Part shown: positions 26,086 through 34,921 of the stretch, one piece after another | How positions within the stretch are numbered: the first letter of the stretch is position 1 | How the letters are laid out: each line of letters begins with the position of its first letter | Assembly (NCBI GenBank): GCA_030704615.1 | Contig: CM060734.1 | Location: 49,414,001-49,478,000, forward strand | Source of the DNA: Takakia lepidozioides | Taxonomy: Eukaryota; Plantae; Bryophyta | Direction: 5' to 3' | Length of the DNA: 64,000 nt | Notes under the pieces: model-generated | The model's database searches: none | Seen by the model: only the letters and a program-made list of their open reading frames with translations | Told to the model about the DNA's origin: nothing | Translations under genes and position numbers: made by a program

Positions 26086-27570
26086 TTATTTATTGAATGT
26101 TGTCTCCATGTATGAGGTATTGGTTGTTCTCAACATTTCAATAGATGCAGTCTGACTCGCTGAAGTGTCTGCAGTGATGACCCAGTTCCAGACCCGACCA
26201 TCATCAGAGACGGAAATAAACGTGGTTTCCAGAGTAACCACAGGCTTTGCCTCATGAAGATGGGTGTCAAGAAACCCTGTGCTTGGGGCAGGAACAGTGT
26301 CAGCCAGTGGGAGAGTATTGAGCTGCAGCATGGCCAAGTGGCTTCCCACAGGAGTCTGGACATGAAGCTGCAAAGGGCAATGCACCACAGCAAGCACTGT
26401 TGGGGCCAGCACTGGGGACCCCATGGAAGGCATCAGAGCATCCATGTGACATAGTGCAAACGCCTGCGTGCCCCTACATGCCCCTGTACAACAGGAACAC
26501 TCACTTAGGTCAGATTTTAAGGACAATGGATTTGTTTCCATTTTTCAGATTCCCCTTTAGAGAAGATGCTCAATTGCACTACAGATTTCCTCTCTACATT
26601 TCTCACATTCCACACCATGACTTTCCTAGGCCCAACAAGAGTTCCCAATGCCAGAGGCTTCCATTCTTTTCCTTCCAGGACCACGGATCTAAAACCAGAA
26701 TCAGCGCTCAATTGGTGCCTTTGGAGTTTTTAGTCCTGAGCTCTCATATCAGACTCCAGACTCCAAACTGTAAGATTGCAATTCCATGGCCACTGGGAGT
26801 GTCAAAGCCAATCACTCTTATGTCCCATCATTACTTCACACATGCTTCAAGGCACGCATGTGAAATTACTTATTTGGTCCAAGATAATGAAAAATCCCAC
26901 CAGTGACAGGATGCACCTGTTTCAATAAGCAATTAGCATACTCCGAATCAGACCCTGCCCTTACCATGCCCAATTTTGTACACTCCCAGATGACTCTAAC
27001 ACTGCCTTTCAACGAGGAGTCCTCTATCAGAGGATTCTACCACACACTATCCTGACCCACGGCAATTCCTGCCTCGTGCATACTCACATGAAATCTCCAG
27101 CTGCTACAGTGTAAGGAGCTTTTGGTTCAGAGACAACTGAGTATATACATTAACGCAGCTATCATTTCAATTGCAAATAGGTCACGTGTGCAAGGAGTGA
27201 AAGTGAGTTGATAGATATTCTTTAATCCTGTCTGCCCTCATACATTACAGGTGTAAGACATGCAATATGAAAGAGGTCTGAAGTTCTTACTCTCGTCTTT
27301 TCCATGCACTGATTTTGCCATCCTGGTGAGCACAGTAAAGTATGTCATCATCAACAATTGCTAGCAGATCCAGAAGCTTGCCACATCCACGGGGCAGAGC
27401 TGTAGAGGCCAAAGGCATTCCAAAGGCCAAGTCAAACACCAACAATCTCCCTTGGCAACGCAATATAAACCAATCCTCTGGTTCTAGGAGAAAACATGCA
27501 GCACACAGTGAAAGCCAGGGTAGATGCCAGGGCAGGAGCTCCAACTGATGTAGACCCAGTGGAACCGCCG
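26086..27570 (-). pseudogene. WDR11: WDR11-like WD40 gene fragment (two partial exons, intron 26474-27290, one frameshift)
   Basis: FSPRTRGLVYIALPREI-(+1 frameshift)-VFDLAFGMPLASTALPRGCGKLLD...LYCAHQDGKISAWKRRE|GTQAFALCHMDALMPSMG...TTFISVSDDGRVWNW. N- and C-terminal exons are absent. Confidence 0.8.
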
Positions 27571-27811
27571 AAAATCAGTGCTCAGTGCAAAATCTGTCAA
27601 CAACTCTGCACTGACAACTCACCTGCAACTGCTGCTTTCGAATCATACTGGATTGTGATCATCACCATTGAGCGGCTCACTGATCGTGACTGTCCCAATT
27701 AAGACACATCCTTTCTTTGAACCGCACTCTTTGCTTCTGAAATAAGGGAAAATTGGGAACTTTCCAACCTCTTGGTTGAGAGGATGCATTTTTTCATGCA
27801 TGTTGCTCAAT

Positions 27812-30637
27812 TCACCAGTAATCCCCACAAGAACAAACCCCATCTTGGAAGTGGTGAAAGCGGTTGGCATCCCGTACAACAATTGGTCGCCCAACAATCT
27901 TTGAGATGAACTTTGTGGCAGTGTGGCAGTCGCCACACACCCGAAGGTTTTTTATGACACGGACAACCGTTCCATGGGGTGTGTTGATCAGCCCAAAAGC
28001 AATGGCCAGCTTCTCACTGTGGTGGTAAAGAGAAAATTCCTTTTGCTCATCCTCTACATCATTCAACACATAGCGCGTGTCAGGCACATACCCAGCCTCC
28101 TTCATCTTCCCAGACAATCTCTTCAGCTCAGAATGGATTTCCTCAATTTGTGGATGTGCTTTGTCTCCTACAACAAACATATGCACCCGGTTGTCAACCT
28201 CAATGCAGCTGTGCCCTGGCTCCTTTCTGACACCCCTGTCCTGCATCAGTTTTCTCACCTTGGCAGCATCACCCCACCTGCCAGCCGCGGCATAGATGTT
28301 CGATAGCAGCACATAAGTTCCAGCCTCTGGATCCAACTTGAGAAGCCGTTGCGCCACACGTTCTGCTACCTCAATATCACCATGAATTCTGCAGGCACCA
28401 AGCAGGGCCCCCCACACCGAAGCACGTGGTTCGATTGGCACTTTGCTAATGAAGTCCTCCGCCTCATCCAATTGCCCTGCACGGCCAAGAAGGTCCACCA
28501 TGCAACCCAAATGCTCCGTTGCCGGTGCAAGGCCATGATCTTGACCCATCGAATCGAAGTAGTGACGGCCTTCATCTACTAGGCCCCCATGCCTACATGC
28601 AGAGAGAATACATATGAAGGTGACACCATTTGGCTTCAAGCATTCCAGTTGCATTTGTTCAAATAGTTGCAGGGCTTGAATACCACGCCCATGCTGAGCA
28701 TATCCTGAGAGCATCACATTCCACGAGACCACATCTCGTTGAGCCATATTGTCCAGCACTTTACGTGCATCCTTTATGCTCCCACATTTGGCATACATGT
28801 CGACAAGAGTATTCTCCAGAATGATATCTGGCGCAGTGCCAGCTTTGATGATGTCACCATGCACCAGTATGCCCTTTTCCAGGCTTGCCAGGCTGGCACA
28901 CGCATTGAGAACGCAAATGAATGTGATGTTGTCAGGTGCCACTCCCTCTAGTATCATTTGCTCATAAATTTCAAAAGCCTCCCTACCATAACCATGCTGA
29001 GCATATCCTGCGATCATCGCATTCCATGAGACCACATTTCGTTGAGCCATCTTGTCAAACACTTGGCGTGCATCCTTTACCCTCCCACATTTGGCATACA
29101 TGACAGTGAGGGCAGTTTCCAGAATGATATCTTGCACAATTCCAGCCTTGATGATGTCAGCATGGATCTCTTTGCCCTTTCCCAGGGCTCCCAGGCTGGC
29201 GCAGGCATTGAGAACACAAATGAATGTGACGATGTCAGGCGTCACCCCTTCTTGTATCATTCGCTCATACATCTCGAAAGTTCCCCTACCACACCCATGC
29301 TGAGCATATCCTGCAATCATCACACTCCATGACACCACATCTCGATGAGCCATATTCTCAAACACCTTGCGTGCATCCTTCATGGTCCCACATTTGGCAT
29401 ACATGGCAGCAAGGGCTGTCTCCAGAATGATATCTGGCACAATTCCAGCTTTGATGATGTCAGCATGGACCTCTTTCCCTTTTTGCAGGACTCCCAGGCT
29501 GGCACAAGCATTGAGAATGCAAATGAATGTGACCTTATTGGGCATGACCCCTTCCTGTATCATTGTATTGTACATCTCAAAAGCTTCCCTACCACATCCG
29601 TGCTGAGCATATCCTGCAATCATGACACTCCATGAGACCACATCTTGTCTACCCATAATGTCAAACACTTGTCGCGCATCATTCATGCTGCCACATTTGG
29701 CATACATGGTAACAAGAGCAGTCTCCAGAATGATATCTGATGCAATTCCTGCTTTGATGATGTCAGAATGGACCTCTTTGCCTCTTTCCAAGTCTCCCAG
29801 GCTGGCACATGCATTGAGAACACAAATGAACATGACCTTGTCAGGGTTCACCCCTTCCCATATCATTTGGTTGTACATTTCCAAAGCCTCCCTGCCACAC
29901 TCATGCTGAGCATATCCTGTGATCATTGCACTCCATGAGACCACATTTCGGTGAGCCATACTGTCAAACACTTTGCGTGCATCCTTCATGCTCCCACATT
30001 TGGCATACATGTTAACAAGGGTATTCTCCAAATTAACATATGACTCAATACCAGTATTGATGATGTCAGCGTGGACCTCTTTGACCTTTTCCAGGGCTCC
30101 TAGCCTACCACATGCCTTGAGAATACAAATGAATGTGACCCTGTTGGGCATCAACCCTTCCTGTATCATTTGGTCATAGATATTGAAACACTCCCTACCA
30201 CGCCCATGCTGAGCATATCCTGCTATCATTATAGTCCATGTAAACACATCTCGTTCAGGCATTTTGTCAAACACTTGGCGTGCATCCACCACTCTCCCAC
30301 ACTTCGCATACATGTTGACAAGGGTGTTGAGTAGAAAGATATCGGGCTTGAATCCACTTTGGATGATGTGGGCATGCACCTGCTTCCCCTCTGCTAGCCT
30401 TTTCAAGTTGATGCACTCCTGCAAGAGACAGACATAAGTCTTGGAGTCTGCTGAAATGCCTTGTTGGTTCAAAATGTACAGCGCCTCTTGCAGTTGTCCT
30501 GCTTTAGAGAGTGCCCTCACATTCTCACAAGTGCCTGAAGAGTTCTTGTTGACTCCCTCTCTTGCTCCGCTTTCAGATGCAGTGGCCATGGTGGAAGTGC
30601 CTGATTCAAACAATTGGGCCTGATTCAACTGTAGCAT
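27812..30637 (-). CDS. PLS-class pentatricopeptide repeat protein with E1/E2/DYW cytidine deaminase domain (organellar C-to-U editing factor); N-terminus may be extended by upstream exons
   Basis: 941-aa ORF: repeated L-S-P triplets, P2-L2-S2, E1, E2, PG box (EPGHSCIEV), HSEKLA, CGDCH, terminal GDYW. Confidence 0.96.
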   Translation of the reverse strand: MLQLNQAQLFESGTSTMATASESGAREGVNKNSSGTCENVRALSKAGQLQEALYILNQQGISADSKTYVCLLQECINLKRLAEGKQVHAHIIQSGFKPDIFLLNTLVNMYAKCGRVVDARQVFDKMPERDVFTWTIMIAGYAQHGRGRECFNIYDQMIQEGLMPNRVTFICILKACGRLGALEKVKEVHADIINTGIESYVNLENTLVNMYAKCGSMKDARKVFDSMAHRNVVSWSAMITGYAQHECGREALEMYNQMIWEGVNPDKVMFICVLNACASLGDLERGKEVHSDIIKAGIASDIILETALVTMYAKCGSMNDARQVFDIMGRQDVVSWSVMIAGYAQHGCGREAFEMYNTMIQEGVMPNKVTFICILNACASLGVLQKGKEVHADIIKAGIVPDIILETALAAMYAKCGTMKDARKVFENMAHRDVVSWSVMIAGYAQHGCGRGTFEMYERMIQEGVTPDIVTFICVLNACASLGALGKGKEIHADIIKAGIVQDIILETALTVMYAKCGRVKDARQVFDKMAQRNVVSWNAMIAGYAQHGYGREAFEIYEQMILEGVAPDNITFICVLNACASLASLEKGILVHGDIIKAGTAPDIILENTLVDMYAKCGSIKDARKVLDNMAQRDVVSWNVMLSGYAQHGRGIQALQLFEQMQLECLKPNGVTFICILSACRHGGLVDEGRHYFDSMGQDHGLAPATEHLGCMVDLLGRAGQLDEAEDFISKVPIEPRASVWGALLGACRIHGDIEVAERVAQRLLKLDPEAGTYVLLSNIYAAAGRWGDAAKVRKLMQDRGVRKEPGHSCIEVDNRVHMFVVGDKAHPQIEEIHSELKRLSGKMKEAGYVPDTRYVLNDVEDEQKEFSLYHHSEKLAIAFGLINTPHGTVVRVIKNLRVCGDCHTATKFISKIVGRPIVVRDANRFHHFQDGVCSCGDYW
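28690..30310 (-). repeat. 303-bp tandem PLS-triplet coding repeats
   Basis: Near-identical blocks recur every 303 nt (e.g. tgctgagcatatcctg, cacatttggcatacatg). Confidence 0.9.
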
Positions 30638-30846
30638 CCTGGAGGACTCAAGCCCTTAGTTACAGACCGTTACAGTCAAACTTACAGAGTATATTTCAAG
30701 TCTCCCACTACAAAGACATATCTCTTCATGAGTGCAGGCTCCTTTTAACAGGGTTACGAAACAAGTGTAGTCATCTATTCTGAGAATTAACTGACTCCAT
30801 TGTATGTGTTTATGTTGGAACCCTTGAATCATCAGCAGAGTAATAC

Positions 30847-32474
30847 CCGTTGTATTCTTGATCTCGTGTTCCATGGTGCACATCAGAATTAGAACCATCT
30901 TCAAATTTTGTTCCACCTTCTGTTAAGGTAGCTAGCTCTGCTGTCACCCAAGCTGGGTCTGACCAACCCTTAATCCAAAGCACCTTGTTTGCGTGCTTCT
31001 GTCCGAGGTCTTCTAATCTTGGGCTTTTCTGTGAAACCACCAGTGGGCAGCTGAGCAGCAATAGCTTCAACCATAGCCTGGCAGAGACCAGGTTACAACC
31101 ACCAAAGATCCAAGCATCTTTAAAATATCAACGACAACCACCTTTCATGCCCTGCTAACATGTGCATCCTACTGATAGCGGTAAGCAAAGAACCACGCAA
31201 GCCTGTGCAAGCCCAAAGCAACTCAAGATACAAAAGCAACTTGAGATACAATCAAGTCCACATAATGTCATCTTACCAGCTTCAAGCACAAGTCCTCCTT
31301 GACAAACTAAGATATCTCACCTTGTCGGATCTGCTGTCCCACCAATCTGAAGGATACGAGAAGAATATCTGCCAGCGTTGATCATTACTTGTTGTTTGGC
31401 CTGCATGTGAACATTTCTTAAACGTAAATTCTTGTGCTTCTCCTAGTCACTGAGTCTTACATGCTAGGACAGGCTCTCTATAAATCTCTCCACTCTTTCC
31501 TTTTTTTTCTTTCTCTCTGTCCTGGCCTGTCCTTACATTTACAATCCATGACCATGGTTGGCTCTGTGCACCTTCAGTGTGCTGGCTTACCATATTCTGG
31601 TGGGTAGAAACCCTGTAACTGGCTGCAGGACGCCAACATTTGCACACTACCATAGTCCATCCCACAGTGTAATTGGCAACTCTGCAATGCTCCAGAGGTA
31701 CCATACTCAATCGCTCTAACCTTGACGTGGACGGGTAGCTACTCCCCAAAATCAGGGTATCCACAGGACTGTGGCTGCACTGTAAACAAGAACCTATGCC
31801 TCTCTCACATAATGTACTCATAAGCCGTTGTTTGCCATAGCCTTGTGGCAATAGCCCAGTGGGAGGACCAAGAGGGAACAGACTAAAACTTTGGGAGGGG
31901 CTCACTCGGGTAGTGGGACTTACCTTGACATAAGCAATTACTTCTGGCTTTCCAGATACCCCATAGAAAGCCCTTCACACAAGCATCGATCTGATGTGTG
32001 TGAGCTGTCTAATAGGGCCAGGTAGGCTCAGCCTCGAGATTTTTTCTTTGCCTCTTTCATACATGGCATGAAATGAAATAAATATAGCAGGTACTTCAGA
32101 TACTGAAAGAAGCTGATGACACTCCTTCATGACTAAAACTCGAACAATGAGGCCAGGATGGCTGTAGTTTCATCTGGGATGGGTCAAGGACAATATGGAG
32201 CGTGGATTGCGCTGATACAAACAGTTGGAGTCCCAATTTACACGTTCATACCTTTCTCCGGTGCCTCTGGACGCTGCAGAGACATCGTATCCACAATTTG
32301 CAAGTTTCTGGGTCCCGATTTGTCCAAGCTTGATACCCATTTCACCTCCACAGCCATGCCAGTTAATCTATTGAACGATATGGGACTTCCAGCCTTTTCA
32401 AAACAAGGAGAAGAAGTGGGCTTGTGTGTGGCCTCTCCCTGCGACCTCAGGTGTGAGGAGGAACGCGCAGCCAT
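30847..32474 (-). CDS. Upstream exons encoding a transit-peptide-like leader and an OSB-type 'PDF' motif (exons 32474-32252, 31400-31321, 31028-~30847); probably the 5' part of the PPR-DYW gene
   Basis: In-phase splice gives ...QRWQIFFSYPSDWWDSRSDK|KSPRLEDLGQKHANKVLWIKGWSDPAWVTAELATL, resembling the OSB motif W..FF.NP..WWDNR..K.NP..PDFKHK....LW......P.WV...L. Confidence 0.6.
31812..32048 (-). mobile_element. 5'-truncated LINE 3' end (family A), degenerate ~15-bp TSD
   Basis: Family-A terminus. Flanks tgcctctctcacata (31797-31811) and tgcctctttcataca (32049-32063). Confidence 0.75.
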
Positions 32475-32789
32475 CTCTGTACTGTGAGAGCGCCAAAAAA
32501 ACGAAAGGAACTAACCAGAGGAGGGCGGCGTTGCAGAGCAGGCTTGGACCCAGACTCCAGACTCCAGACCCCTTTTGGCAATCGTATTCAGAAGATCGTG
32601 AGGTAGCAATTTCACTTGTGTTGTCTCGCGCGGATGCTACGATCAAAACACAATTTTCTCACTTTCGCGTCAGCTAATTGTCATTAATCTGTTTGTGCTT
32701 GTTTGCGTTGCAGCTTGCAACTCATTGCTTTCGGCATTGAGGGTGCATGTCCAGAAGAGATATCTTTGCGCAGAAGGTTGTGTAGAGAG

Positions 32790-33320
32790 GAAATGAAATG
32801 AAATGGTACTTTATAACGTCCGCAGAAAGCTCAAAGAGCTTGTGGGACAAAATGGAAAAAAACATGAGAGAGGAAACAAAGCCAGAGCCGAAAAAACAGC
32901 CCAAAAGCAACTAGTGCTCGAGGGATTGTCTAAGGGTCAAGGCCTCGTGCAGGTAAGCTGCCAAGCATTTCTAATCCTTATAGTGGATTCATAGTGGAAG
33001 ACTTCAGTGAGAGATTGAGTTGCACGGAATAGACAGTGGAATCTCCCACGGATCTCGTAATATAGAGGGCAATGAAAGAAGAAGGGTTCTTCAGTTTCAA
33101 TTTCCTGGTTACGCCCGGTGCAAGCTGGACATAGGCTGTCCTCCCGTTGCAGGTTTTCCCATCTGCCAGTCTCTAGCCCTAGATTGTGGTGGCCTCAGGA
33201 GGGAAGGAGATAAAGGCGCCGAAAGGTAATCGGGCCGCAAGATTGTATCATCAAGGAGAACCCAGAATGTCTCTAGATAGAAATGGGGGTTGGGTAGCAT
33301 GTGAGCAGGCTCACGCCAGC
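32790..33320 (-). mobile_element. LINE 3' fragment (family B; RTE-X/L2-like zinc knuckle) with (CATTT)n tail
   Basis: Minus translation GHHNLGLETGRWENLQREDSLCPAC...ETEEPFFFHCPLYYEIRGRFHCLF. Tail tataaagtaccatttcatttcattt. Confidence 0.75.
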
Positions 33321-33322
33321 GG

Positions 33323-33915
33323 GCGTGAGCACAAAGAAATATTCCGCATATTCTAGAATATTCTTGAGAATATGTTATTGTGAAACCCAAATGCGCTCAC
33401 GGAGTAAGAAGTAGGAAACTATCTGAAAACTGTGCTCACGCGAAAAAATTCATGAAATTAATCGTCCAAAGCTTAAGTCACTTGAGCACAATAACCCACA
33501 AATGTATATGCCCGAACTCAAAGATCAGCGCACATAAACAATGTGACATTTGGTAACATTGTGTTTAGAACATCCCAAGTAACCACCCAGAAAATGGGTT
33601 TCGTTAGCGAAATGAAATGGTTTTTGCCAGCAAAACTTGTATTTTTGCTAGCGAAACTAGGGTTTTGCCAGAGAAACTTGTATTTTGGCCAGCAGAACTT
33701 GGCTAGAGGTTCGAACTATTTGACAGGTGCATGTGGATTCTGATCTTCAGGTTTACATTCAGATTCGTATCGTCTGCTGGCGCAGCAAAGTCCTTATGTC
33801 CACCTATTATTTGTATTTCCATTGATGTACATATTACCCCCCATAACCTGGGATTCTGCTCAGGCGGCGATTTTTTTTGTGCTCACGACCGTTTCTCTTA
33901 ACTCTGTGCTCACGC
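33323..33915. mobile_element. Non-autonomous TIR element (MITE-like) with subterminal motifs and an internal ~21-bp repeat array
   Basis: gcgtgagcacaaag (33323-33336) vs ctctgtgctcacgc (33902-33915), a 13/14 inverted match. More tgctcacg copies lie inside. No TSD seen. Confidence 0.5.
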
Positions 33916-34100
33916 GATACCAACCCCCATACATAAAAATGGAGTTTTGTTGGAAGATTGGGTAGATTCCAAGTTCTCCTGATATGTAGTTTCCATAAGT
34001 TCCCTTCTAATGAGTCTGTTGCGATCCTGTTTGGAATTTGGATGTGATATCCACCCCTTCTTCTCTTGCCAATAGTGAAGCAATAGAGAGTCCAGTACGC
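33916..34100 (-). mobile_element. L1 fragment (start of zf-RVT region)
   Basis: LWKLHIRRTWNLPNLPTKLHFYVWGLV, matching the W...W....P.K...F.W pattern. Confidence 0.45.
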
Positions 34101-34921
34101 TAAAAAAAATGCACACTCAAGCATAGCAGTGCTTGAAACCTCTGTTTTGAGCCAAATAGATGTTGCAAAGGGATCTTGCCAGGAGCCCCTTGGGTGGAAT
34201 GGGTGGAAGGGCTTGTAACCTTTTAAGAAAGAAAGATTGTAAGCCGGAAGAGGGCCTCAGATTGAAGTGGCACGCATGCAAACTCTACACATAGGATGTG
34301 AGATGGAGAAAACATGACTGCAATGGTTCCAGATTTTTTTCCCACCAGGAAACTGGGACACCAGGTGCCCAGAACTCACAACCATGAGCGGCGGCCGGGG
34401 TGACAACACTGTCAAATGGCCACTTTTTGGTTGGGGGGTGGCGCAGATGTATCTGTTTGCATCTGGACCATTTGGAATCGCATCCAACTATGGCCTCAAG
34501 AGACAATGAAGTAACTCTGGTTCGGATTAGCACAGCCTGCAACACAAGTGTGCTCTCACTTATCCTGAAAAATCCTCAGTTATTCAAGCAGGAACACCTA
34601 CTTACTTATTGGGAAACTCTTTGGCATTTGCCAATAGTATTTCAAGTTATCTGGGGCCAGTTATGGTAGTTTGGCCACTGTGCACTGAAATAGGTTGGCA
34701 GGGTTAGTCATACACAGTTAATCAATGTCAACCTGCAATCTTGTGTCCCATGTGGATTTTGAGGTGATAATTCCATGGAATGGGAATTGAGAGCCTCAAA
34801 TGATTAAACAAAAAAGAGGACAAACAGCATCAAAACCATCTACAAATACATGTATGCAAAGTGATCCTACCCCAACTCACTAATCGATACCAAAGGAACT
34901 TTGGTTGCAAAACAGTTGATT

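Noticed and set aside
28630-30179. Repeated plus-strand ORFs (MRASFMLPHLAYM...)
   Set aside because: Antisense shadows of the PPR repeats.
30686-30707. 22-bp micro-exon linking the PDF motif to the PPR ATG
   Set aside because: Would need a 47-nt intron, which is implausibly short. Other in-frame joins exist.
26086-32474. PPR gene nested in an intron of an intact WDR11 gene
   Set aside because: No WDR11 N-terminal or downstream exons are found, and the fragment is frameshifted.
33596-33700. CRISPR-like palindromic repeats
   Set aside because: No unique spacers, degenerate head-to-tail units, eukaryotic context, no cas genes.
34321-34474. Possible hAT-like MITE (caatggttccaga / tctggaccatttg)
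   Set aside because: Imperfect TIR, no TSD, single copy in the window.
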